DNA of 64,000 nucleotides from Stegostoma tigrinum (taxonomy: Eukaryota), in assembly GCF_030684315.1 (NCBI RefSeq), contig NC_081368.1, forward strand, positions 26,097,899 through 26,161,898. The letters run 5' to 3'. How positions within the stretch are numbered: position 1 is the stretch's first letter; each line of letters starts with the position of its first letter. Positions 12,964 to 26,562 of the stretch are shown piece after piece. The translations under genes and the position numbers were made by a program. The notes beneath the pieces were generated by a model. That model was not told the origin of the DNA. It ran no database searches and was given only the letters and a program-made list of their open reading frames with translations.

Positions 12964-13399
12964 GTAAGTGTTCATCAAATGCGATCTATCTTGCAGGGAT
13001 AGATGAAAGAAGAAACAACTAGGGCATGTAAAGCAGTACAAGCTGATGAGAGTAATTCCAGTCTTCCACCCATTTGATTTCTAAACTGCTTAATCCAAAA
13101 TTGGATTTGCTTATTGTATCCCCCATGTTCAGGAAGTGTCTGACATTCATGGTAGTATGATGACTAGAGCAAGTGTGATTGCTCTCGGTAAAAACATTAC
13201 CAGAATCAAAGCTAGTGTAAAGATAGGAGAGAAAATCATGGTGTGATTTCTGATTATTCATGTGTTCTCACCTTGCCATGGATGAATACAGCGTGAGTTC
13301 AGGACCTATGCCTTTTTTCCAACTAGATTCAAAGAAAAAAGAAGAAATGGCTTTGTTTCTGAACATGATGTATGTTAGCGAATCTGGGATAGTTTCGGG

Positions 13400-14200
13400 T
13401 AATTGCAGATGTGATACCTGCCCATTTACTACTTCCATCCTCACTGTCCAAGGTCTCTGACACACCTTCTGGGTGAAGTAGTGATTTGCCTGCACTTCTG
13501 CTTAATCTACTCTACTATATTCATTGCTCGTAAAAGGGAGACCAAGCGCAAACTGGAGAACTGCTTTTCTGAGCACCTATGTTCTGTCGTCAGAAATGAC
13601 CCTGAACTTCTGGTTGCCTGCCATTTCCACACACCACCGTGTCCCTTGGCCAATATCTCTGTCTCAGGTCATCTCGAGCTGGAAGAACAACACCTCATTT
13701 TCTGCTTGGGAGCCCTGCAATTTTCTGGACTCAATATCAAGTTCTATAATTCTAGGGCCTGAGCACTTTCTCCCATGTCCTTATACCAAAGCCCCCACAC
13801 ACCTTGTCATGACACTGGCTGCTACCACAAGAAAGTCATTGTCGGTCACTAATGGTCTCTTCTCACCTGTTAATTCTGCCAATCTGACTGTCACCTATTC
13901 CTTAGTCTACGCAACTGTCTTTTCTCTCTTTCTTTGGGGTCCATCAGTTGTTTACTACTCTCTTCTCTGCCCCCCCCCACCCCCACCCCCACCCCCACCC
14001 CCACCCCCACCCCCACCACCACCACCACCACCTTCCAGTACACATATACCAACCTTTTCCTAGGCTGCAGTCAGTTCTGAAGAATGGTCAATGGACCTGG
14101 AACATTAACTCTGCTTTCTCTCCTCAGATACTGTCAGACCTGCTGAATTTTTCCAGTATTTTGATTTTGTTTCTGATTTTCCATCATGTGCAGTTGTTTG
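13400..14200 (+). mobile_element. Degenerate PLE 3' fragment (GIY-YIG plus pLTR, older subfamily)
   Basis: ORF 13481..13762 contains RETKRKLENCFSEHL...LEEQHLIFCLGALQFSGLNIKF. Decayed hammerhead-like CTGAAGAATGGTC...GGAACATT near 14077. Confidence 0.8.
13970..14031 (+). repeat. (CCCCCA)n grading into (CCA)n simple repeat
   Basis: Directly visible. It produces the spurious poly-Pro and (HP)n ORFs. Confidence 0.9.
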
Positions 14201-14998
14201 GGTATTGTTGGCAGGCCGTTACCTACTGATTGGCATATCCTCTCTTAATTTCCATTGCATCTTTTCCTTTTCCCTGAGGAAGAGCTGTTAAGTCTGCACC
14301 AGTTTCAAGTTGAAATGGTTTCTTGATCCGTTTCCTCTTCTACTGACATTTTACTATTTTAAAATCTTCATTTTCTATTTATAACCAGAGTGCATTGAAA
14401 AACTCTGAACTGTTTCCTTGGTAGAAAAAATGAGTCTTGTTTCTGAGAGGTCACAAGTGTTAGCCTATTATTTGAAATATGTCCTGTTTTGGATTTAAAA
14501 ATAATACTCTTTCCTGCCCGCACCTCCAAAATATCTTCCACAAACCCACCTGTCCCCTCCCAAAGTGTTTTTGGGTAGGAGCATTAACTGGTACAGAGAC
14601 ATGCAAGACAGGATGGCCCAAGTTTGATTTCTTGGCTGTGCTGAGTTAACTGACCACAGCATGCTAGCTGTTGGACTGCTGTAATTGACCTCTGCTCCTT
14701 GGATCAGTACTGAACCTGAAATATATTTGTCAGTTGAGAATAAGGTTAGACTCAATTGTGATGGATTTTCTAAAGTTGAATTGTTTTGAAGTGGCCTTTT
14801 CAAAATTCAGTCTGCCAGGACAGCAAGTGGAAATTGGCCTTCTATTTTCCTCAAGCTTGTTTCGCGCTTGAAATCATGACCGGCTGCGACCTGACTTCAC
14901 TTTCCAGTCTTTGCTCCGTGTACCTTAACACTTCATTTTGCAAAAACCTACCAATCTTGGAGTTTCAAGTAACAATTGAGCAAACATCAGTTTATATA

Positions 14999-15196
14999 TA
15001 GAACATTACAGCACAGTAGAGGCCCTTCGGCCCTCTGTTGTGCTGACCTGTCATACCAATCTGAAGCCCATCTCACCTGCACTATTCCATGTACATCCAT
15101 ATGCTTGTCCAATGACGACTTAAATGTACTTAAAGTTGGCGAATCTACTACCGTTGCAGGCAAAGCATTCCATACCCTTACTACTCTCTGAGTAAA
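14999..15196 (-). mobile_element. CR1 LINE 3' fragment
   Basis: ORF 14987..15208 reads FTQRVVRVWNALPATVVDSPTLSTFKSSLDKHM, a classic CR1 ORF2 C-terminus. Confidence 0.85.
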
Positions 15197-17594
15197 GTTG
15201 TTGTTCATAGTAAACTTCTACCACCCTTTGGGTGCAGAAGGGTTTCTTGAATTTCATTCTTGAACTGTCTGCCTCCAATTTCTTTTTAGATGACTCTTGG
15301 TACCAGTTGACTCTACAGGCAGAAAAATCTTCATTTGATCTACCATACCAATTTTTCTCTCAGCACATTGAATCCTGTATCGGTCATCGGTCATCCGTCA
15401 CCCTGTAATCTTTTAAATTTCAGGGAATGCAAGTAGTCTTATTATAATCTTGCCACTTAATTTAACCCTTGGAACTATTTTGCTGGTTGATTTATACTCC
15501 CATTCTTGCCTATCTCTCTGACCGAGAACTGCTCATAATATTCCTGGGGTGACTTCATTTGGACTCTGTATAATTACACAATGGCTTCCACCTTCCTGCC
15601 TTCTAGTCCTCTAGATCAGAGTTGTCCAAGGCATTTGCCATATGGGGCCAATCAGCCACAGATGTGATTAATTTGTGCTCTGAACTTATCTTGAGAAATG
15701 TTTACCAGATTCCAAAAATGGATAGGTTTGTCATCAGAAAATGATATGCAAACCTCAGACTAACAAAGACAAGGCTTGCACTTCAGTAGTCCAGTGTAAA
15801 CTTCACAGCAGATGAGAATTGGAATTTGCCATTGTGAAAAGAGACAAGTCACTGTGTATGCTGTTCAACAAAACATTGAATAAAAGCAAAGTTGTCCCTC
15901 ATTTCTCTGAGCCAATGCTGCCCCTTATCCACTGCAGATTTTTTTTTGGTAAGTCATGCTCTTGTCTTATCAGAGCTTACAAGGTTTTTGTGTCTCCCGT
16001 TGAATGCCTTTGGATGATTTTCTATTCTGCCTATTAAGAAATTTCCCATTTTGCTGCATAAAAAATTCCATAAATTTCAAACCTTAATGGTTTTGTTTCT
16101 ACCTTTCCAGCACTGATGAACTCTATCAATCTATGATCATATGAACATTTTTAACAACCAGCATTACTTTCTTGACTAATCTCAACCATTGTTAAATCAT
16201 TGGCCTTTTTGATTGCAAAAGAAATACATTAAACACACGTCACTAATTTTTGTGTATTAATTTTCTTGTTCAAATTCAAATTAAAGTTAAAATTTCCCTT
16301 AATACCACTCTGATTTTGTTGAATACTTGCTGTGTTTCTGGATTCACCCTACCAGTGGTAGGCAACAAGTTTTTTTTTAAAGACCCTATCACAGATTTAC
16401 AAGGGATATTTTCCGGCCCTAAATTATCACACATCCTACAACTGCCACATTGTGACCCTACTCTTTTGGACAACAACCAGCTGCATGGTGTCATGGCCAA
16501 CATTCTGGCTGTTCTTCTGACAGTCTTTATTTTCATCCTCCTGAATCATAAGTATAATGAGTGTGATCACATTCTGCTAATCTTCCTTCTCTGTCTCATC
16601 TGGATTTTATTATTTTGCGCAGCATAGCTTACATAAGTGAACTTCTGAACCCATGTCTCTTGGGTATAACCAGAACCTGGAGAAAACTGTCCAGATAAAT
16701 TTCTTTGCACTCAATATGTCACACTTTCCTACTGAGCCATTACGTTGATGTGAGTTGCAGACATTTGGAAAGAGACACCTATTGCAGATGTTCTGTGCCT
16801 GCAAACGCTCTCATATTGTGTCGTAGACACACAACCTCGACTTATCTCTGTTTAGATTAATTATACCTGCTTTATAGTGGTTTAACCTTCTGTGTGCACT
16901 AAGTTGTACTAAAATACTGATCAAAAATTTTAAATACTTAACTGTCTTAAGCTTAAATAAATCACTACAGGAGGCGAAAGGCAGGAAAGTGAGATAATGG
17001 TAATGTCACTGAATTAGTAAACAGTAGGCCCATGAAAGAAAAGGTATCAGCACATATTTTCCCCTGTGTGCTGTTCTCACCAAACCTTTACATTCTGCTC
17101 TTACTGCAGTCCATTTACATTCACTCAGTCAGCGGATATTGCTTATTCTTCTATCTATTTTGAGGCATGCTTAAGTTACAAATGATCTCTAAAATTTTCT
17201 GCTTGAAGTAAATTACAACTATTCAGACAACTACTTAATTGAATTAACGACTTGCTGCCAATAGTTTTACCACTGTGGATTTAAACAACTTGGGAAAATG
17301 GGCTGTAGTCAGAAATTCTCTGCAGCATCCAATTACTTTGGAAAGTGAAGAATAAGCTCGGCTGAAAGTGGCATGAGAGTGCTTATTGTCTCAGTTCAAA
17401 CCCTGAAGAGTATCCATTTGGGAAAATTACCAGCTGTCTCCTGGTGCATGGAATTGTGTGTGGCTAGAGATGATGTCCTGAAGAAGGGAAGGAACAAAAA
17501 GAATAGCAGATGTGTTAAAATTTAATTAATGCTTTGTTTTATGTTTCAGTAAAATTCTGCATCTTCTTGCAGCTGAAACGTTGTTCGGCTTTTA

Positions 17595-20500
17595 GACCAC
17601 AAGATATAGGAAAGAAATAGGCCGTTCAGCCATTCAACTATGGCTGATATGTTTCTCAACCCCATTCTCCTGCTTGCTCCCCATTATCCCTTGACCCCCT
17701 TACTAATCAAGCTATTCCTGTCATAGAAACACTTAATAACGAGCTGCACAGATTCACCACATTCTGGCTGAAGAAATTCCTCATCACCTCAGTCCCTTCA
17801 TTCTGCGCACAGGTCTTTGTTTCTCCTACTAGCGGAGGCATTTTCTCCATGTTCACTCTATCCAGGCATCTCAGTATTCTGCAAATTTCAGTGAGAACCC
17901 CCCCCCCCCCCCATCCTTCTAGACTAGAATACAGTCTTCGACAAGTTTGCAGATGACCCAATGCCACAATTTGTTTATGCAGATTGTTAATAAATAACGT
18001 AACATCCAACACAGATTCCTGCAGAACTCCCCTGCTGTTCTGAAAAACTCTTTTATCACCTCTGCTTGAGGGCAGTCATCTGGGTGTTTTGTTTCTCCTC
18101 TCTCGTAGCCTTATTCACTGCACCCGAGTTACAGTTCTTAAAGCAATTTAAAGTGCCTTCTGCCAGTGCCAATCCGCTATCCGTGCCAGCACCTTGTCTC
18201 TAATACCATGAGCTATATTTAGTAGCCTCCTGATGAGAACCTTGTCAAAGGCCTTCAGGAAATCCAAAAAGATCGCGTCCACTGGTTCTCCTTTGTCTAA
18301 TTTGCTCATTACTTCTGCAAAGAATTTGAACAGATTTATCAGGCCGGACCTGCCCTTGATAAAGCCGTGCTGATTCAACCTAATTTTACCATCCTCCTCC
18401 AAGTACTCCACAATCTCATCCTTCATAATGGACTCTTAAAATCTTAGTAACGACTGAGGTCAGGCTAGCTGACTTATAATTTCCCACCTTCTGCCTTCCT
18501 TTTTATCCAAGGATGTTACATCAGCCATTTTCTAGTCTTCCGGGACCTTTCTTGAATCAAGTGATTCCTGAAGGATTGTACAGGCGTTGGTGGCAGTGTC
18601 CTCAGCAGTTTCCTTCAGAAATCTGCAGTATAGTCCATCTGCCCTGGGTGATTTACTCACATTCAGACGTTTCAGCTTCCCCAGTACTTTGTCCTTTATG
18701 ATGATGTGGAAGTGCCAGTGTTGAAGGATGCTCTCATAAGAATGGGATACAATGCTCAACTCATCGATCGCAAGTTCTGACATACCACAGCAGAAAACTG
18801 TAATGACCTCCTCAGAAGACAGACAAGGGATACGACCGATAGGGTACCCTTTGTTGTTAAGTTTTTCCCCAGAGCAGAGAAACTAAGCCATGTTCTTAGC
18901 CTTCAACACATTATTGATGACAATGAGCACCTCCCCAAGATCTTCCCTACACCTTCACTTCTCACCTTCAAACAACCGCCAGACCTTAAACAGGCCATTG
19001 TTTGAAGCACACTACCCAGTCTTCAGGGCACCATTGACCACAATGCCACATAACCCTGCCATTGACAACTGCTGCAAGTCATGTCAGATCATTGACACAG
19101 CAGTTACCATCATATGTGGGAACTCCACCACGTGCATGGCAGATACTCCCATGACTCGGCCAATGTTATTTATCTTATGCACTGCAGGCAAGGATGCCCC
19201 AGGGCATGGTATATTGGCAAAACCATGCAGATGCTATGACAAAGGATGAATGGACTCCGCGCAACAATTGCCAGACAGGGATGTACCTTCTCAGTGGGGG
19301 ACCACTTCAGCAGTCAAGGACATTCGGCCTCACTTCTTTGGGTAAATGTCCTCCAAGGCAGACTTCAGGATACACAACAATGCAGAGTTGCTGAGCAGAG
19401 GCTGATAGCCAAGTTCGTTATCCATGAGGATGCCCTCAACAGTGATCGTGGGCTTAGGTTGCACTATAGGTGACCCCTGTACACTCTACACTCTTCCACA
19501 CATTCTCACGCACGTGCATGAGCACGCACACTCTGTCACAAACATGTGTGCACACGTACCAGGCACCACACTTTCTCCCCCCCCCCCCCCCCCCCCCCCA
19601 ATCCTCCCCCTCCCTCTGCCTCTCTCTCACCGTCACACACACACGAACGCACACGCACACGCGCATGGTCTGAGGGGCATTGCATAAATTCCCGCATTGG
19701 AAATAAAGCCTGTCTGGCCCCACGTTCAAACACAGGTTCTAAACACGGCCTCACACCCACAATGCATTGTCTGATCTGGGATGCCTTGAAAGAAATTCTG
19801 GAATTTGTAGGTTTTGAGTGATTAAAATGCACCTCCCTTTGGATCTGATTTAGGGTTTAACAGGAGGGAGTCAAACAGCCATTTTAGCTTTATTCAACAC
19901 ATTCACATCAGTTGCATGATCTTTTACCTCAATTCCATGTCTTGATATCTCCTTCCTTACTATACCTGAGGAAGGAGCAATGCTGTGAAAACTAGTGTGT
20001 TCCGATAAATCTGTTGGACTATAGCCTAGTGTCATCTGATCTCTAATGATGGCCTCTACACTCACCTCTACTCTTGACTCTTATTGTTCTGGTATGCTAC
20101 TGGTGTCTTCCACCATGAAGACTAATGCAAAGTACCTATTCAGTTCATCTGCCATTTCTTTGCTTCCCATTACTACGTCTCTAGCCTCATTTGCCAGTAC
20201 CACACTCTTGGCCCCCTCTTACCTTTTATGTATGAAAAAACTTTGTAATCATTTACTCCCTAGCTTGCCCCCACATTTCTTCATCTCCCCCATTATTACT
20301 TTTTCATTGCCCTCTGCTAGTTATTAAAGCCTTTTGAATCCTCCGGCCTTCCCACAAATCTTCACCACCATTGGATGCTTTTTCTTCTGCTTTTTGATTT
20401 TTCTTGTCAGATCCTCATTACTGCGCCTGACTTCCCTTGTCAGCCCTGGTAGGCTTTGTCTGCCCCTTAGGATATTTCTTTTTGCTTCAGGTGAATTCCT

Positions 20501-22320
20501 GCTGATTTATCCCAGAAACTCCTACATCATCCCTGCTCTGCTGCCCTTGCAATCAACTCTGACCAGTTCCTCGCTCATGTCTCCCTCATTAGTCAATTAT
20601 AATACCATTAAATGTGAGTTATGCTTTTCTCTCCCTCACTCAAACTGCAGGGTGAATTCTGTCATGTTATGGTCACTAGTAGGGTTTCCTTCACTATAAG
20701 ATCCCTAATCAAGTCTGCCTCATTACACATTCCCAAATCCAGAATTGCATGTTCCTTCACAAGCTCTTCCGTGAGCTGCTCAAAAAAAATCTTGTACACA
20801 AATTCCTTTTCTTGGGATCTGCTACCAACCTGATTTTTCTCAGTCCAACTGCATATTGAAGTGTCCCATGATAATAGTGCCTTTTATACATGCCTCTTCT
20901 AACTTCTGATTTATTTTTATCCTGACTGCCTGCTAGGAGGCATGTTGTAACTCCTATCAAGGTATTTTTCCTTTGTGGTTCCTCAAGTCTACCCACATAG
21001 ATTGCACTTTCCAATTGCTTCTTACTATTGATTTAATTTAATTTCTTACTAACAAAAAAAACCCACCCCTTTGCCCATCTCTGTGTCCTTTTGAAAGGAA
21101 TATCTTGGAGATTTAGTTCCTTGCTCTCATCTCCTTGCAGCCACATCTGTGATGATTACCCATTGTACTGACCAATTTCAATCTGAGCTACAAAACTCAT
21201 TTACCTTTTTCTCGTATATTGTGCATATTTAAGCACAGCACCCTTAGCCCTGCGTTAACTCGTTCTCAAAGTTGTCCCCAATCTGAAGTTAGATTCCTGA
21301 TCCTTTCCATACTCTGTTTTATTATTTGTTCTGGAAACCTTAATAGCCTCTTCTGAGCTTTCCCTTCACCCACTTCAACATCTTTACATAATTTTCTATG
21401 CGACTGAACTCACCAACACCAATCCACACGTATGTACACACGCACACAATTTCATTTAAAGCCTTATCTGCAGCCCTACTTATGCGATGTGCCAGCACTC
21501 TGATTCCAACATGATTTTGGTGCAGCTGTCCCATGAATTCAAATTTCTTTTCTCACGGACCAATCTTTTGAGCCATGCGTCTGCGTCTGTAATCTTGTTG
21601 ACACAATGCCAATCAGCTTGTGGCTCAGGTGGTAACTCTGGTTTTACTTCTTGTTTCTAATCTCTTCCCAGCTGCGTATATTCCCTTAGCAGAATCTCTT
21701 TCTCCTTTCTGCCTATAACATTGATACCTGTGTTAACCATGACAATTCGCTTTTTCCCCTCTCATTCCTAAGTATCTCTGCATCTCCGATAAGAGATCCT
21801 GAACCCAGGCAACACAGCTTTCAGGACTTTCACTCTTGGCCACAGAATAGTGTCTGCTCCTTTGACTATAATATCCCCACTTACAACTACATTTATCTTT
21901 TCTTCCCCTCTCTTGAATGGCTACCTATACCACAGTGCTGTGTCAGTTTGCTCATCCTCCCTACAGTCTCCATTCTCATCGACACAGGGAGCAAGAATTT
22001 CAAAACTGTCAGATAAGGTCAAGGCTGAGGGTCCCTCTGCACAAGCTCCTGGATCCCCCTACCCAGTTCATTCACAGTCACACCCTTCTATCCCTGACCA
22101 CCGACCAAATATGAGGTAGTTAACCTAAAGGGTATGACTGCCCCCTGAAACACAACATCAAGGTAATGCTCCTCTTCTCTGATGTTGTCACAGCTTTCTA
22201 AACTCATACTCCAGCTCAACAACTCTGAGCTGCAATTCCTGAAACAGCCAACACTTGCTACAGTGTGGTCAGTATGAGCCAGAAGAGGGTCCACCAGCTG
22301 CCACATCACTGGGATATAAC
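17595..22320 (-). mobile_element. Long degenerate CR1 LINE (ORF1 esterase remnant, endonuclease, RT, 3' end) interrupted by a PLE
   Basis: Minus-strand ORFs read NQHGFIKGRSGLINLFKFF...VDAIFLDFLKAFDKV (RT), KVLGKLKRLNVSKSPRADGL, and RNFFSQNVVNLCSSL (C-terminus). ORF1-like sequence at 21.4-22.3 kb. Many stops and frameshifts. Confidence 0.85.
18698..20045 (+). mobile_element. PLE (distinct subfamily) nested in the CR1
   Basis: GIY-YIG remnants (MNGLRATIARQGCTFSVGDHFSSQGH...QQCRVAEQRLIAKF), a CA-rich/C-run tract, and a pLTR end with decayed hammerhead CTGAGGAAGGAGCAATGCTGTGAAAACTA at ~19966-19994. CR1 sequence resumes at ~20046. Confidence 0.8.
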
Positions 22321-22544
22321 ATTGCTTGGCCCTTTTTGTTTGTTTTTATTATAGAAGTCACAGAATGACTAATAGCTTTGAATAATGTGACTCAAAACAT
22401 TCACTATAAATGTTTGTTCTGGATAGCCTGAAATAAAATTTTATACATATCATTTCTGTACTGTTTTATGCTACCAAATGAAAATCCATTTCTACTGTTG
22501 TTGAATGTTGTTTTATTTTTCCCTTGATTATTGTTTGTTTATAG

Positions 22545-22662
22545 GCAGCACTATGGGAAAGAGGAAACGTGAAGAAGAAGTTGCTGTTCTAGAACAGAGA
22601 GAAAACAGAATGAATCCATTAAGATGCCCTGTGAAATTTTATGAATTCTATCTCTCAAAATG
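22545..22662 (+). CDS. zmym3: ZMYM3 penultimate coding exon
   Basis: ttatag|GC...AAATG|gtgaga, phase 1/2. Encodes SSTMGKRKREEEVAVLEQRENRMNPLRCPVKFYEFYLSK(C). Confidence 0.94.
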
Positions 22663-23329
22663 GTGAGACCACTAATTCCTTCCAGCACTTACTTTAAACT
22701 TACGTTTACATGGATTTTTGGCATCAAGATGAGCAGTTTTGATGTTGAAAATTTTCTGGTTTTGCTGCCCATTATTACTTTCAGTCACTGGCCTGGTGCA
22801 ATAAGCAGAATGAAGAGGTTTTCCCTGTTTTCTTAGGGAAGACAAAACTTACTTGCGTAATCTGTTCAGTGGTTTTAGTTCTAAATATTTTCAAGTATAA
22901 TGAAAAATGAATTACATTTAACTCAGGGTCATGTGGGGAGATGGTTCTCTCAACTAAAGTGTGCTGTGTTGCCACAGAAGTAGTGTTGGAAATAATATTG
23001 ACTGACTTTAATGTTGGTAAACTTCGGAGATTGTGGTTTTGAGCCAGAGAGAGGTAGGAGGATTTGAGACTAGGATTATGGAAGTCAGTGGCCAGTGGTG
23101 AGATAGAAGGGTTGGTATTTGAGATGGTAAGGTGAATCCATTGTAAATGGAAAAACATTTACTTGATGCAACCTTTTCCTTTTTGACTGGTTATTTTGTG
23201 CAGGACACAACCATACTTTTATCTTGGCATTGTGTAAATAGATTTTAGTTTTAATGAGAAGGGAAAACTGACTCTGCCTTTGTTAAAAACAAACACTACT
23301 CTTTCATCTGCTTGTGAGACAACATTATG

Positions 23330-24580
23330 GAGAAATAGAAAATTGGTGGAGCTGGCCATTTGGCCCTTGGGCCTGCTCCATTCGATATAGTCATGCCTGA
23401 TCCTCTAATTCAGTTCTCAGTTCCTGCTTCCTCCCCATACCCCATGAACCCAAGAACTATGTCTACCTCTATCTTAAAAACGTGCAACTTCTTTTTTGGT
23501 CTCAACTGCTTTCTCTGGTAGAGAATTCCACAGGCATGCCACTGTCTGGGTGAAGAAATTTCTCCTTATCTCAGTTCTAAATGGCCTACCCAGTATCTAT
23601 AAACTGTCACCTCTACTCCTGGATTCCTCATTCATTGGGACCGACCTTCTTGCGTTTGCATTGTCTAGTCCTGTTAGTCTCATAGAAAGCTGTGGAATTC
23701 TCTTTTCCTCTTCTAAACTCCAGTGAATATAGCCTTAACCAAAACAATTTGTTTCCATACGTACCATTCCATGAATCAGTCTGGCAAATCCTTCGTTGTA
23801 CGTCATTCCTCAGATAAGGAAATCGAAATTGCACACAGCACTCCAGGCTTGGTCCCACCGTGGTCATATACAATTGCAGCAAGACATCCTTGCTCCATAC
23901 TTGAATCGTCTCACTGTGGATCTCAACACAGGATTTGCTGCTTTCTCCGTTTGCTGCATCTGCATGCCTACATGCTTTTATTTCAGTGATTCATGTACAA
24001 GGACACCCAGGTCTCATTGCACTTCCCATTACCAATCTATCACCATTCAGACAATAATTTGCCTGTCTGGTTTTGCCACTAAAGTGGATTACCTCACATA
24101 TTTCTTCTGCAGTGCATTTACACACCTGCCCAAGTTGTCCAAGTCACACTGAAGCATTACTGCATTCTCTTCACAGTTCACCTTCCACTCATCTTTGTGT
24201 TGTCTGCAAACTTGGAGGTGTTACATTTCGTTCCCTCCTTTGCTATTGTATATTGTGACTAGCTGGGGTTCAAGCACTGATTTCCTCTGTGGTACCCCAC
24301 TAGCCATTGGCTGCCACTTTTTAAAAAAAACCTATTTATTCCTGTCCTTTATTTTCTGTTTGTCAACCAGTTCTCTGTCCATGCCAGTACATGACCTTAA
24401 TCTCATGTGCGTTAGCATTATATTATAATCTCCTATGTGATACCTTATAGAAAGTCCAAGTAAGCCATATCTATTAGCTTCCCCGTTTCAATTTTACTAA
24501 TAATGTCCACGAAAAATTCCACAAGATTTGTCAAGCATGATTTCCCCCTCATGAATTCATGCAGTCTCTGCCTGGTCTAT
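23330..24580 (-). mobile_element. CR1 LINE 3' portion, degenerate
   Basis: ORF 23628..23882 (MLQLYMTTVGPSLECCVQF...) is CR1 RT C-terminal region. KFADxTK-like sequence near 24190-24215. Confidence 0.8.
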
Positions 24581-25164
24581 CGCTGTTTCTGTCTTCAAGG
24601 TTAAGGAGAATGAAGAATGATATGCATGCTGTGGGTTAGAAAAGTGGCTAAAGAACAACCTGCTTATTTTGTCGAAGTGATACCTTGATGCAATATGTTA
24701 CTTAATATGATAACGAATTTTACAAAAGCATCCCAGCTAAAAAAGTTACTTTCAGATTATTTGTTCTTTAGAAGTTATCTAAGTCATAGTTGTTTGTCTG
24801 TGTACTCTGACTCAGAAGCTGCTCAACAGAATTGCCAGTATGAATGTGGATTTTTAAAAATAACTTGCTGTTGATCTCCTTATGAAATACCTTGCAAATG
24901 CTTATTTACAAAATCCAAATGAATTATTTAATGTGTATTCAAAATTCAGAGCAAGTCACGTAAAGCACGCTTCCAGCTTGGATATTTTGCATTTCAGAAT
25001 GTTCCCTTCAGACCAAACAGCATTACTTGCACATTATGTGACACCAAAAGGCTGCTAATCTTCTCACTACCTTCGTGATGTCATCAAGTAGAATCCATCT
25101 GCGTCTAATTTATGTATTAGAATTCAAAGGCACAAGTTTATTTAAAAAGTAGCATCTTCATACA

Positions 25165-25560
25165 CTTTTGCACTGGAGGTGGTGCAGAAGAGATTGACCA
25201 GGATACCGCCTGGGTTAAAGCATTTTACCTACGAAAAGGAACTGGATAGACTTGGTTTGTTTTCTTTAGAGCAGGGAAGCACTAGGGGGACCTGATCGTG
25301 GAGTGTGGAGAGGGTAAGTAAGAAGCAGTCGTCCCCCCTTTGAAAGGTCAGAACAAGGGAGCACAATTTTAATGTGACGGGCAAGAGGTTAGGGGATTTA
25401 AGGAAAGCCTTTATTCGCCTGGAGACTGGTGAGAATCTGGGAGGGTAGTAGAGGCAGGAAGCATTGGGCTCTTTTGAAAAATACATAGATGAAAACTTGA
25501 TGTTTTGTTACATTCATGACTAATGGGCCAAGTGCTGGAAGATGAGATTGATGTAGAATA
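25165..25560 (+). mobile_element. CR1 LINE 3' fragment, degenerate
   Basis: LEVVQKRLTR..P..K.F.YE..LD.LGLFSLEQ..LGGDLI pattern on the + strand. Confidence 0.7.
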
Positions 25561-26562
25561 ATTCAGTACAGACTTAATGACCCTATTAAAGGCCAGATTC
25601 TCTTACAGAAAAGACTACGAAATGCCCACTTTTGTAGTTTTATACACATCAATACAATCTGTTTTGGAGGTGACATTGAGAGAAAAATAATGCACTTCTA
25701 TGTGGCTTCTTTTGGTTGTTCTGCTGCAAAAATTAAAATGAAGCTTTTTAATGAAGATTGTCCCCTCTTAAGAGGAACTGTGTTCTTTCCAATCTACTGA
25801 AAGAGCTGATTAATGTCAATATGGTTTCTCACATCTCATACATCAGTTTTTAACTGAATGTGCAACCGCAGAATGTTTGACCAGAGGGGTTGCAAGTGCA
25901 ATCTATTAACTGGAATACCTACTAATGTCATTGTGCTGACCTATATTACCCACAAGGAATATGCATTTTTGAGCAAACAACAGTTTATTCACACAAGCAA
26001 AGTCTGTTCACAAAATCAATCTAAGAAGGATCTCAATGATTCAAACAAAACTGTGACCAAAACACCACAGTTTCTCCCAATGAGGGCAGAGTAATTTCTT
26101 GAGTGAGATGCAATAAATAGCAAATTGCTGTGCCAAGTCGTGTTTCAAATCAATCCCAGACAAACAACACTGTAACCATCAGGAAATTAGTTAATCACTG
26201 CCCATAATGGCCATGAATATGGGTGCCATGTCATTATATTTAATTATGTGTTTGTGTGCAAAAGTTTCCATCAATGATGTATGGATGCAGAGACTAATTG
26301 CTGTGACTTTGTTCACTTCTGCTGAAGAGTAAATAAGTTGGGAATTAACCTAATAGCTGTCTTACCAAATGAAAAAATTGGCTCCAAATGCGTCATCACA
26401 GTAAAGAGCAGAGGGGGTACAGGAGATGAATTCTTAACTGCTTCAAGATCGCAACAGAATGGAACTTAGAAGGGAGGGTAGGGGGATGAGAACAGCAAAA
26501 AAATGTGATATTTTGTGAATGATACTTCTCCAAATGAATATTTTACTTTTGTTTTACTGCAG

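Noticed and set aside
13524-14229. Poly-proline and (HP)n ORFs as genes
   Set aside because: They are translations of a simple repeat inside a decayed PLE.
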